From: Eledone cirrhosa
Lineage: Eukaryota
Reading direction: 5' to 3'
NCBI GenBank assembly: GCA_964016885.1
Contig: OZ024743.1
Span: 161,944,001 to 162,008,000, forward strand
DNA length: 64,000 bases
Below are positions 48,973 to 61,959 of the stretch, piece by piece. The stretch's first letter is position 1. Each line of letters starts with the position of its first letter. A program made the position numbers and the translations under genes. The notes below the pieces were generated by a model. That model ran no database searches and was not told the origin of the DNA. It worked only from the letters and a program-made list of their open reading frames with translations.

Positions 48973-51007
48973 ATTATCTCACTCCAATATACTAATCTTG
49001 CGTTTCGTTAAAAAAAGAGATATCTATTTGGGAAACAAGCTATATGCATAACCTTTTAAGTGCTTAGAGCCACGAAAAGACTTAATCCGACCCTCATTCG
49101 TACACGTCCATAAAATTATTGGGGTATATGCATATAGCTTATTTCCCCACATAGATATCTCTTTTTTTTTAACGAAACGCAAGGCTAATATACTGAAGTG
49201 AGATAATGTTCAAAATCTGCAAAAAAGAAGTGTTTTTGAAATGACAAATATTATACATTTAAATTGAATAAAATGGTGCTTCTCTTCCCTTGATGTCCTA
49301 AGGCATGTGCTTATTTTGTATAGTTGTTAATCCAGCCCAGATGTGTGCTTGTATGTGTGTGCAATAAGTGTGCATGTATATGTTATTTTGGTGCATTAGT
49401 CATAGATTATGAATCACCGTCTCTTCAACTATCTATTTCTCTGTCGGTCAGCTGTCATTCTCACGATGTCTGTAAACGTATGCTTACAGAGAAGGAAGAC
49501 GGTATTAAAACTTTCAGAAACCCTAAGCACTGAAAAGATTATGCTACACCCATATACTGTATATGGGAATATCTCCCATATACTGTACTAAAAAAAAAAA
49601 GAAAAAAACTCTATGGAACCCTTCTTTATTTGAGGCTATAATCACAGATTTATTTTGCTTAATGATTAATTCAAAGCTGTAGAGGGCGTCTCTACTTACA
49701 GATAGTCAGAATTAGATTTTGAGGAGTGTCGTGTTTTAGCTTCGAATACAAACGGAGACAGTCACCCCGGGAACTGAAGTTTGTATCACGATTAGATATG
49801 AATGACTTGCCTACGACGTTAACGGGCGACACCGTTGGAATGGATACGGTTAACGGTGTCATCCACCAAATACGGGATCCGTTTCCCTGTGTTAACTGCG
49901 ACGGGGCAAACACAGCATGAACGTTGCAAATGGGGCCTTTAGCATTTTCAGTATGTCTGCGGCCGGGGTCATGCCACGTATAACCCGGCCACTACTTAGT
50001 TCTTGATGTCGCTCTATCGTAGAAGGCAATTTCCTGTCTCCGAGTTCGTCGTTTGGAGTCGCAGAACTTGGTGCTGTGCTTTCGTTGCAGGCACACCCTC
50101 TTGCCTCCGAGGCCGTCAGCAGATCCTGCAAAACACCAAAACATTGAGTTCCACGGGTTCCGCTTATAACGTTTGTCAAGTGTTGCGCGGTCCCGTGGGT
50201 TCAACTGCTCATGACCATCGCCGCGCCCATGGGAGCGGCCGGCGCTGCCTGGATTTGTGTATGATGTGTACTCTAGGTCGGAGGGTTAGCCGCCACATGG
50301 CATCTTCGGACATGAAACGAAGACATGGTTCACGTCGGGTGAAATGATCTTCACTACAGGAATTCTACGTGGGCCTCTCGCCGTTCATTGTAACTATTTG
50401 GGCCAGGTAAAGAGTCTCTCCGATATAAAAAGACAAAAGTTAGCCTTCGGCTAACAGCAAACTGATAAGAGACCTAGAATTTTATGTCGCACACATACTC
50501 TCACACACAATCACTTCCGCATACTCTCATACATACTCACACACATCCCCACCCACTCTCACGCACTCACACACACTCTCTTAGACACACACTTACATAC
50601 AATCCCACCCACTCACACAATCACACACAATCACTCACACACACACCATAACATTTGGGACGACAAAAGAATTTCTAGAGAATAGATATTAACATCGAAT
50701 TAAACTTTCATTTCGCATATTAAGCGTAATACACACTACAGTTCATTGAAAGTTCTCGACATGGCCAAGTTTCTGTGAAATAGGGGAGATAAACTGGATA
50801 TTGGTATCCTTTGTCTGATCGTGAACTTTTCCCCGACTGCTTACCAAACACGAGCACCTATTTTACCCAAATTCCACTCCCGTATGACGTATACAGTTCT
50901 GTCCATTGTTGTTGTGGATATTATTTTAGTGTAGCTTAAGGTTACCCGTGAGAAATATGTGACTGACATTAAGCTTTCTCTCGTCAGCCTTGTTCACTGA
51001 AAGAACA

Positions 51008-51625
51008 TTCTTCTTCTTCTTCTTCTTCTTCTTCTTCTTCTTCTTCTTCTTCTTCTTCTTCTTCTTCTTCTTCTTCTTCTTCTTCTTCTTCTTCTTCTTC
51101 TTCTTCTTCTTCTTGAGAGGGTCATGGCGGCAGAGTCCTCAAACACTCGCTTGGATCACCGAGCGAGTCCAGCTGAACTCATGGATGTTATCCAAGCATC
51201 AAGGGTTTACCCTTGGTTCTATGCTGGTTAGTTTTGCCCGAAAAATCTGTCCAGCGATTCTTTTCTCAGATATTCTAACCACATGCCCATAGTATCGGAG
51301 CTGTGATATCTTAATTCGGAGAAGTAGCGAATCTACCTGGAGTGACTCTCTGATCTCCGAGCTACGCATTCTATCGCTTGTATTTGCGATCGTATTCTTT
51401 CGGTCATTAACCAAGATTCATGACCATAGGTAAGGGTTGGGACGAATACCGAATTGAAAATAAGTAGTTTAGTTTTTAGAGCTACCGTCTTTCTTCTGAT
51501 TACTGAATGCAGAAGCTGGCTCATTACTGCACTAGCTCCTGTAATTCTTGTACTTAATTCAGCATCCTGCCTCCCACCCGCTTCAGTGGAATTCCATTTA
51601 CACGTAGAGTGCACTGCGCAGGCTT
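51008..51625 (-). mobile_element. RTE LINE 3' fragment with (GAA)35 tail
   Basis: Homologous to 44134-44780 (FVPTLTYGHESW); (TTC)n 51008-51114 abuts the conserved terminus ttcttgagaggg. Confidence 0.85.
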
Positions 51626-51851
51626 CCTTGGGAGGAAGGAGCTAATCTCTGACAAAGCCCCATCTATGGAATTTGGATAACAAAAATGCTGATTATCACA
51701 TATTGAACTTTAGAAAAGACTTCCATATTTTTAATGTTCAGCTTATAGTTTATATTTGTAAGGTGTATGTTAACTGGCTAATTTCTTTGTCTAAACATCT
51801 TAGCTTTTTCAGGTTGTCATTTAGGCATTTGCTAACAGTCAAATGAACTAA

Positions 51852-52027
51852 TAATTGTTTCTACTTTAGGCACAAGGCTAGCAATCACCCAGTGCATTAC
51901 TGGTACTTTATTTTATCGACCCCTTAAGGATGAAAGGCAACCTCGGTGGGATTTGAACTCAGATCGTAAAGGGACGTAACTATGCTGGAAAGCATGGTGT
52001 CCGACCCTCTACCGATACTGCCAATAA
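51852..52027 (-). mobile_element. SINE family A copy
   Basis: Same core and tail as other family A copies. Confidence 0.8.
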
Positions 52028-52225
52028 TAATTTTAGGTATAAAGGTTAATATATATTCTGGATACAGAAGTAGAAAGTTTTTATCAATTGTCCATAAATA
52101 TTCATTTTCTCATTGATTTTAGAAAACGGTTTCACATTGGCTGAGTAGCTGACCGCTATGACCGTACATAATTTTTATGTATATATGTACATACGCACGC
52201 ACTTATGTATGCATGCGTATGTATG

Positions 52226-55200
52226 TTCTTCTGATTTTATAATTTCACAAATGTTACCAATAGAGAGAGAGTCGGTTTCTAACATAGATACAAGACTCTC
52301 TCATTGGAATTTACACAACATCGACTAAGTAGATTATGTATGCATGACTGCATGCATGCATGTGTATATATGGATGTTATTGTATGTGTAGATATGGATG
52401 TTATTGTATGTGTGGATGTGTATGTTTTGAGTTGTATGTGTGCATGTGTATATGCTTTGAGTTGTATGTGTGCATGTGTATATGCTTTGTATACATGTGT
52501 ATATGCAGTTATTAGATGCAAAATCTTTGGAATGTTTTACATATTTTTACTGTTTCATTAATGGATTGTACTTCTAGTTTCCTAACTAGTTGTGTTCTTT
52601 CTGATCCTGTGAAGCCCAGCTTCTCAAGATTTGTATTGAGACAGTTACTAACATACCCCAGTGCCCCAATAATCACAGGCATAAATCTGGTGTAATCAGG
52701 GTGGAGTATCTCCAGATTTCTCATCAGTTCTGCATAAATATTCTCCTTTTCACTAATCTTTGATATTATATTGGCATCGGCTGGGCAGCTAATTTCTACT
52801 ACTGTACATGCTTTCTTCTCCCTGTTCCATCTCATAATATCTGGTCTGTTATGCTTGCATTTTATTGGGGATTTTACTGGAACATTCCACCAGTACTGTT
52901 TCATATTACGTATATGTCTTACACATTGCTGTAGCTTTTAATGTGTTTATTATCGGGGCTATCTTTTCTACGGATTGCATTGTACAGTGATTTGGCCACT
53001 ACATCATGCCTCATAGGTAGATAGTACCGCGATGACATCTTTGGAAAGCTGCTGATGACAAGGGTGTCATCTTCGATGTTAATTCTGCAGAGTCTGCATT
53101 TGTTATCACATCTAGGTGTTTTGCCTGCATCCTCATCTCTTTTGTGAATCAGGTATTTCCTGTTCTTGGATTGCAAACGCGTATCCTTCAAAGTGGGAGC
53201 CAATATAGCGGTTGTTGGTCCAAGATAGACTACTTTCCTTATCTATATTACTCTCACTCTAGAGCAACATATCCATGCATGATTTTTTGCTGATAAGCAT
53301 GCAGTTTTTCATCCATGGATTCACTGCGATACTGCTGAGCGACTTCCCTGGATGTGAGTTTTTGATTATCACACAGGGAATAGCTCTCGAGGAGTTCCTT
53401 CCCAACTCTCATGATCTTATCTGTTTCATGCAGATAGACTTGCTCGAGAGACGGGCTCCTACGCTTCGAGGTTCGTAGATGTCGGAGGAATATGATGCGA
53501 CATTCAAATGCTGTCTGGACTGATGTTAAGCCTCTACCTCCCTGCTTACGTTTCAAGGAAAGGCGGTCTATGTCACTGTTGATGTGGAAGTTTCCGGTGT
53601 TGTTCAGTATTTTTCGAGTTCCAGCATCAACTGCTCGGATTTCGTCTATCGTCCAATTGAGTATTCCAAACGTTGGTGTTAGGACAGGCACAACGAACAC
53701 ATTGTGAGCCACTGTTATGTTTTGCGCAGAGAGTTCCGATAGCCAGATCTTTCTTAATCGGGTGTAGTATTCCCTGGTTACGCGTTCTTTATTACAGATA
53801 CCATTATAGGATATATTCTCATCTATCCCCAGGTATCTGTAGCAGTCCTCATCAGATATCGGTGAAACAGTTAGACCATTGATGACAATGTTGCTAGATT
53901 GGGTTGTTGTTTTTCCCCGCTTTACACTCATGTATGAGCATTTATCTTGGCCAAACTCCATTCCTATATCCTTTGAGAACGTTGTAACCAGGTCAAGATT
54001 TTTCTTCATCCCATCCATGTTCTTGGCATAGAGTTTCAGATGGTCCACAAAGAAGTTATGGGTTAGGTTCGTATTTCTGTCCTCCTGTGAGCCAATGATG
54101 TATCCCTCACATTTCTTGAGCAGAAAGGACAAGGGGTTTAATGACAAGATGAACAATATCACAGAGAGACTGTCCCCCTGAAATATTTCATTTTATCAGT
54201 GAAAATAGAGTCCTCCCTCTCTGTCTTTAACCTTAGGATAGTAGCCCAAGAAGAAGACAGCCTCTCTATGGCTCTGACAATAATGTCTGGGACTTTAGCA
54301 AGTTGGAGGGCCTCTATCATCCAAGAGTAGGGAACAGAATCGAAAGCTTTCTTGTAGTCCAGCCAGACTGTAGTCATATTCCTCCTAAGTTGTCGCACCT
54401 CCGACATCGCAGTTTTGTTGATTAAGAGTTGTTCAGCACATCCCCAAACCCTTTTCTTTCCAGCTGCTTGTTCCTATGTGATGATGTTATTATTTTCTCA
54501 GTGATCTTGGAGGAATAGGTTCAGGCAGGCTGTATACATCTTATACATCAGGTTCTGGCATGCCATGGGTCGGTAGTTTTTTGCCAAGTGGGTGTCTTTG
54601 TTCTTGGGGACCAGTAAAGTTTGTGCTAATGTCAACCATTCTGGTATAAGTATATCTCCCTTAAGAACTTGTTGGTAGAGGTCAGTAAGATACCTCCGAT
54701 AGAATATCAGTTTTTTGTACCAGTGGCCGACAATCATGTCTCTTCCTGGTGTTTTCTTATCTTGGAGTTTTCCTATCACAGTCTCAAGGGTACCCTCACT
54801 TATTTCGTATGTTTTTGTTGTATTGTAGGAGCAATAGTTCTTTCGGAATTCTCTTAGCCACACTGCATCTTGGTTGAAATTCTTCTTTTCACCCGATATT
54901 TTTCTCCGAAAGGAATCTATGTCTTTCTGGGATGGGGCCTCAGTGAAACTTATATTTTGTTCTTCATATCTCTATAGACTGATGTTTGGTTTCGTCTGAA
55001 TCTTTTATTAAGCACTTTTCTCTCATCTACCTTCTTCAGGTATCGGCGTTTTTCGCTAACAGCTGTCAATTCTTGTTTGAGGGTGATCAGCTTATATTGA
55101 AGAGTTCTGGTTCTACTGTTACCAAACATCGTCTCTATTTTATTTTTAACTCTTCGTTGGTGAGGAGTGAGGTGTTTTTGTGTTTGTTTGCATGTAAGGA

Positions 55201-55632
55201 GCATTGTCACATATCCTATGGTTTTTCGTAGGTCAGTAATCTTTTTTCTATTTTAGTTATATATGATGGTATTTTTGGTGGTGTTCTGTTCTTGTTAATA
55301 TCTCTGCTATCACCAAGATAATGCTTCACTGTCGTTGCTAAGGCATATAAACAGGCGTTGATTTGCCAAAATGTTGGGGTTTTTATCCGTCGTAAATATT
55401 TATCCCCTATTTCGTCAATAACACGTAATATTTCATTATTTGGTTTTTTATTAAATATTGTTGTTTTAAAACTTTCAGCAAGAGAGATATTTATACAGAG
55501 AAATGTTTCTCTCTGGAATATTTCGTTGAGGGAAATTTTCAATTGTTTATACTTTTGATTATTATCATTATCGATAGTATTTTCCACAATAGTCGAGGTA
55601 GACTCGGATGGTACACATGGTGTCAAATTTCT
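52226..55632 (-). mobile_element. R4/Dong-like non-LTR retrotransposon (RT, CCHC, restriction-like endonuclease), copy 1
   Basis: NYRPMAC, WLDYKKAFDSVP, QGDSLS, FFVDHLKLY, YRYLG, GGRGL, CRLC..., RHDVVAK, HNRPDI..VVEISCP..K; both ends abut (ATGT)n. Confidence 0.9.
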
Positions 55633-55719
55633 TGTATGTATGTATGAAATTTCTATGTATGTATGTATGTATGTATGTATGTATGTATGTATGTATGTAT
55701 GTATGTATGTATGTATGTA

Positions 55720-56288
55720 CAACCTGTCTCATGGTCGGGTCGTTGGCGACTAAACTGGCAACCCCACCAAGGTTTCTTGGTGAGGAGGGTGACTTTGGAC
55801 ATCCTGCAGGACTAAAAACAAAACCTGTCAAAGGGCAAAAAGGAGCTCTTAAGAGTCAATGGCCATCCAAAATCACTGGGAGAGATGACCCCTTAGCCTT
55901 TGTCAAGGCAGAATTCTAGGAGAAGGAAAACTCTGATATAACACCTGCAACCCTAATGGTATCCAATGATGTTGACTTGTTCTTCTTTTTGGTAAATATC
56001 ATCTTGGTTAAGAGAGTGGGACTGGCTTTGTGCAGTGCCTTTGCTCACTATAAAAGCTTCACGGCACAGGCATTGCTTTATATCTGGAGATCTCTCTGCA
56101 CTTGCCGTCACATGGTACCATGGGCCCAGCACTATGTGTCAATAATTGTCACAAGTGTAGTGTTTGTACCAGAGTTTTCAAGTCGCTGGCTGGACTAAAA
56201 CGTCACACTCGTTCAGCGCATCGGTAGGGGTTCTCCTACATGGATATAAAGTAGTGGCCGTACTCGAAAACGAGTTGGCAGCCACCAT
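55720..56288 (+). mobile_element. Short non-autonomous RTE-derived element ending in a C2H2 zinc finger
   Basis: ctaggagaaggaaaactctga RTE-like 5' motif; 56147-56227 encodes CHKCSVCTRVFKSLAGLKRHTRSAHR*; flanked by (ATGT)n on both sides. Confidence 0.55.
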
Positions 56289-56341
56289 GTATGTATGTAT
56301 GTATGTATGTATGTATGTATGTATGTATGTATGTATGTATG

Positions 56342-59097
56342 TTCTTCTGGTTTTATAATTTCACAAAGTTTTACCAATAGAGAGTCGGTTTCTAACATAG
56401 ACACAAGACTCTCTCATTGGAATTTACACAACATCAACTAGGTAGATATGTATGTATGCATGCATGTGTAGATATGGATGTTATTGTATGTGTCGATGTG
56501 TATGTTTTGAGTTGTATGTGTGCATGTGTATATGCTTTGTATCTGTACATGTGTATATGCAGTTATTAGATGCAAAATTTTTGGAATGCTTTACATATTT
56601 TTACTGTTCCATTAATGGATTGTACTTCTAGTTTCCTAACTAGTTGTGTTCTTTCTGTTCCTGTGAAGCCTAGCTTCTCAAGATTTGTATTGAGGCAGTT
56701 ACTAACATATCCCAGTGCCCCAATAATCACAGGCATAAATCTGAAGGTGTAATCAGGGTGGAGTATCTCCAGATTTCTCATCAGTTCTGCATAAATATTC
56801 TCCTTTTCACCAATCTTTGATATTATATTGGCATCTGCTGGGCAGCTAATTTCCACTACTGTGCATGTTTTCTTCTCCCTGTCCCATATCATAATATCTG
56901 GTCTGTTATGCCTGCATTTTATTGGGGTTTTTACTGGAACATTCCACCAGTACTCTTTCATATTATGTACATGGAAGTCTTCCACATTGTTGTAGCTTTT
57001 AATGTGTTTGTTATCGGGGCTATCTTTTTTACGAACTGCATTGTACAGTGTTTTGGCCACTACATCATGCCTCATAGGTAGTTAGTACCGCGATGACATC
57101 TTTCGACAGCTGCTGATGACATGGGTGATATCCTCGATGTTAGTTCTGCAGAGTCTGCACTTGTTATCACATCTAGGTGTTTTGCCTGCATCCCTATCTC
57201 TTTTGTGAATCAGGTATTTCGTGCTAATCTCCTGTTCTTGGATTGCAAAAGCGTATCCTTCAAAGTGGGAGCCAATATAGCGGTTGTTGGTCCAATATAG
57301 ACTACTTTCCTTATCTATATTACTCTCACTCTGGAGCTTCCTGGCAACATATCCATGAATGATTTTTTGCTGATAGGCATGCAGTTTTTAATCCATGGAT
57401 TCACTGCGATACTGCTGAGCGTCATCCCTGGGTGTGAGTTTTTGATTATCACTCAGGGAATATCTCTCAAGGAGTTCCTTCCAAACTCCCATGATCTTAT
57501 CTATTCATGCAGATAGACTTGCTCGAGAAGCGGGCTCCTACGCTTCGAGGTTCGTAGATGTTGTGGGAGAGATATGATCCGACATTCAAATGTTGTCTGG
57601 ACTGATGTTAGGCCTCTGCCTCCCTGCTTACGTTTCAAGTAAAGGCGGTCTATGTCACTGTTGATGTGGAAGTTTCCGGTGTTGTTCAGTATCTTTCGAG
57701 TTCCAACATCAACTGCTCGGGTTTCGTCTATCGTCCAATTGAGTATTCCAAACGTTGGTGTTAGGACAGGCACAGCAAACACATTGTGAGCCACTGTTTT
57801 GTTTTGCGCAGAGAGTTCCGATGACCAGATCTTTCTTAATCGGGTGTAGTATTCCCTGGTTACGCGTTCTTTATTACAGATACCATTATAGGATATATTC
57901 TCATCTATCCCCAGGTATCTGTAGCAGTCCTCATCAGATATCGGTGAAACAGTTAGACCATTGATGACAATGTTGCTAGATTGGGTTGTTGTTTTTCCCC
58001 GCTTTACAGTCATGTATGAGCATTTATCTTGGCCAAACTCCATTCCTATATCCTTTGAGAACGTTGTAACCAGGTCAAGATTTTTCTTCATCCCATCCAT
58101 GTTCTTGGCATAGAGTTTCAGATCGTCAACAAAGAAGTTATGGGTTAGGTTCGTATTTCTGTCCTCCTGTGAGCCAATGATGTATCCCTCACATTTCTTG
58201 AGCAGAAAGGACAAGGGGTTTAATGACAAGATGAACAATATCACAGAGAGACTGTCCCCCTGAAATATTTCATTTTATCAGTGAAAATAGAGTCCTCCCT
58301 CTCTGTCTTTAACCTTAGGATAGTAGCCCAAGAAGAAGACAGCCTCTCTATGGCTCTGACAATAATGTCTGGGACTTTAGCAAGTTGGAGGGCCTCTATC
58401 ATCCAAGAGTAGGGAACAGAATCGAAAGCTTTCTTGTAGTCCAGTCAGACTGTAGTCATATTCCTCCTAAGTTGTCGCACCTCCGACATCGCAGTTTTGT
58501 TGATTAAGAGTTGTTCAGCACATCCCCAAACCCTTTTCTTTCCAGCTGCTTGTTCCTATGTGATGATGTTATTATTTTCTCAGTGATCTTGGAGGAATAG
58601 GTTCAGGCAGGCTGTATACATCTTATACATCAGGTTCTGGCATGCCATGGGTCGGTAGTTTTTTGCCAAATGGGTGTCTTTGTTCTTGGGGACCAGTAAC
58701 GTTTGTGCTAATGTCAACCATTCTGGTATAAGTGTATCTCCCTTAAGAACTTGTTGGTAGAGGTCAGTAAGATACCTCCGATAGAATATTAGTTTTTTGT
58801 ACCAGTAGCCGACAATCATGTCTCTTCCTGGTGTTTTCTTAACTTGGAGTTTTCCTATCACAGTCTCAAGGGTACCCTCACTTATTTCGTATGTTTTTGT
58901 TGTATTGTAGGAGCAATAGTTCTTTCGGAATTCTCTTAGCCACACTGCATCTTGGTTGAAATTCTTCTTTTCACCCGATATTTTTCTCCGAAAGGAATCT
59001 ATGTCTTTCTGGGATGGGGCCTCAGTGAAACTTATTATTTTGCCCCTCATATCTCTATAGACTGATGTTTGGTTTCGTCTGAATCTTTTATTAAGCA
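56342..59097 (-). mobile_element. R4/Dong-like element, copy 2 (more 5'-truncated)
   Basis: Collinear with copy 1; FFVDDLKLY intact; CRLC..EDITHVISSC; flanked by (ATGT)n; a third 3'-end stub at about 59205-59280. Confidence 0.9.
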
Positions 59098-59577
59098 TCT
59101 TTTATTATGTATGTATGTACGTCTGTATGTATGTACGCAGGTACGTACGTATGTGTGTACGTATGTGTGTACGTATGTATGTACGTATGTATGTACGTAT
59201 GCATGTTTTTCTGGTTTTATAATTTCACAAATTTTTACCAATAGAGAGAGAGAGTCGGTTTCTAACATAGACACGAGGCTATGTATGTATGTATGTATGT
59301 ATGTATGTATGTATGTATGTATGTATGTATGTATGTATGTATGTATGTATGTATGTATTTATGTATGCATGCATGCATACATGTATGTATGTGTGTATGT
59401 ATGAATGTGTGTGTGTCTGTATGTATGTACTCGTATGTATGTCAGGCCACATTCAGACGATGCCAAGTGGATGCATTGACATACGGCGTTTCTTGTGCTT
59501 TTTAAGCTTGGCAGATCCCATCCCTCTCCAGGTTTCTTCTAGAGAAGGCTATAGAGAGTGAGAAGGAGAGAGAGAGG

Positions 59578-59613
<36 letters not shown>

Positions 59614-59808
59614 TAGAGGAAAAAATCAACACCAATACTAGACTGGTACTTACTATTGACATCGAAAGGATGAAAGGTAAAGTTGACCTCGGCGGGATTT
59701 GAGCCGGAAAAGATAGCACAAAGCACTCTATCCGACGTTCTGACAATTCGCAGCCTGAAGGTAGGTTTTGCAATGGTATATACTCAGTGGTATACTTTAG
59801 TAATATAA

Positions 59809-59968
59809 TCCTCCTCCTCCTCCTCCTCCTCCTCCTCCTCCTCCTCCTCCTCCTCCTCCTCCTCATCATCATCATCATCATCATCATCAATCTCCTCCTC
59901 TCACCTTCTTCTTCTTCTTCTTCTTCTTCTTCTTCTTCTTCTTCTTCTTCTTCTTCTTCTTCTTCTTC
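59809..59968. repeat. Compound microsatellite (CCT)n(CAT)n(TTC)n
   Basis: Direct reading; the (TTC)n part is the tail of an adjacent RTE fragment. Confidence 0.95.
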
Positions 59969-60385
59969 CTTGGAGTGTCATGGGAGCGGAGTCCTCAAGC
60001 ACGCTCCTCCGCGGATCCTGTCAGAAGCAATCATTTCCAATTGATTCGGCTGGATGCCTAAGCGAAACCTGTCGAGCTCATGGTATTTATCAAACCATCT
60101 TGTTCGGCGTCTACCCTTGGGTCTCCTGCCGGCTGGTTTTGCCCGTGAAATTTAGCTGTCCAGCGATTCTTTCCTTAGACATTCTGATCACATGCCCATA
60201 GTATCGGAGCTGTGATCTCTCAATTCGGAGAAGCCTCCCCGGCTAAGTGTCTGGCAAAGAGATGTGATATTGTTGAGTCGAAGCTAGCTGACGAATAGTG
60301 TGGTCTTCACCGCGGATGCAGCACAGCTGGCCAAATATTTACACTGCGGCAGGTCTTTGAGAAATCGTATGAGTACTGCCATGTG
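59905..60385. mobile_element. RTE fragment with 5' inversion
   Basis: Minus-strand 3' end (to about 60233) joined to a plus-strand RT piece SLPG..KCLAKRCDIVESKLADE*CGLHRGCSTAGQIFTLRQVFEKSYEYC. Confidence 0.7.
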
Positions 60386-60529
60386 ATATAATTCAACCAC
60401 GCTAAATAAAAACGACAAATTAAAACAAAAATCAAGAAATCAAGACAAGAAACATCAAATTGAACAATTATATTTTTATTGGTGAATATGAAATAAAGAT
60501 TAAAAAATTTCATTGATATTCCGTCTTTG

Positions 60530-60720
60530 GATTGGCAGTTTCGGTAGAGAGTCGGACGCCATGCTTTGCAGCATACAGTTACGGCCCTTGCCATTCTGAA
60601 TTCAAATCCTGCCGAGGTTAACTTTGCCTTTCATCCTTACGGGGGTCGATAAAATAAAGTACCAATAATGCACTGGGTAATTGCTGGCCTTGTGCCAAAA
60701 GTAGAAACAATTATTAATAA
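60530..60720 (+). mobile_element. SINE family A copy, near full length
   Basis: tggcagtttcggtaga A-box-like, attcaaatcc B-box-like, core, tail gcctt..aaagtagaaacaatta. Confidence 0.82.
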
Positions 60721-61817
60721 TAATAATTTTTTTTTTTTTTTTAGTATTTGGAAAAAACCAATTTGTTCATATTAAGATAGATATGAGCGGAGGCAAACAA
60801 TAACAATTGTTGTTAGCTATGTGATTTCAGCTAAGTTGCTATAGTCGGGTTTAGAAACACCCAAAATGGAATGTGTTGCACGTGGCCGAGCTAAGGAAAG
60901 TAATTTGAAAGAAAATTTCCTTAGATAAAATTCTGAATGATTTTGTTTTCTCTTCTCAGCAAATATGGTTCCATCGGTCAATTCGTGTCCCCATAAAGAT
61001 AATGTTTGGATTTTATTTTGCATTGAAAGAGCATCTAATGAGCATAAAAATGAGATTTTAGAAAAAGATCACAAAAGAGTATGGGTTGTCGATCAACAAA
61101 AGAACGCCATTTTTTTGTAAAATATTCTCGTTGAATAATGAACTCCCAAATAATTTTATTTATTAAAAACGGTTATAGAACCAGAAAAAAGAAATAGTTT
61201 TATGGTTTTTACATGTTTAAAAAATTATATATAAGTAATTTATAAAAATGAAAAACAAAAAAAAAAAGAGAAAATAACTTATGGAAAGATCCATAGTCAA
61301 ATGTGAATGAAATAAATAGGGTTCTTCTTTGTTTTCCTCAATAGGTTTTAAATGTAAATTCACAAGGAGGAAAAAAAAAATTTCGTATACAATTTATGTA
61401 TATTAAGATAACTATTAACCAGTTCCAGATTCCCATTATCATTTCACTGAAATTCCAAGAGACATCTGGAAAATTTGAAGCTATGATTATATGAAGATTT
61501 TTTAAAACTTCTTTGCACGCTCAATTTCGAAATGTGAAAAAGTTCAGTGCTTTCTGGTTAAATTACTAATAATTTAAAGATAATTTTACCAATGTGTTAA
61601 AAATAAATTACTCTTGCGGTTTTCCTACAACAGCAATCATATATGTTACTTCTATAAATTTCTATTTTTAAAACATTTCGATAAAACGTATACATTGCTC
61701 GTTTATGTGTATCGGTGTATGTTCGTTTGTTTCTCTAGATTTGTGGATGTGTGCGTGCATGTATGTGTGTGTGTGTGTGTAAATGGTGTTTCTATCTACC
61801 TTTCACTTCCCCCCTCT

Positions 61818-61959
<142 letters not shown>

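Noticed and set aside
49815-49870. MDTVN..HQ resemblance to the orthomyxovirus PB1 N-terminus
   Set aside because: Only about five residues match and flanking PB1 motifs are absent, so it cannot support a specific viral call.
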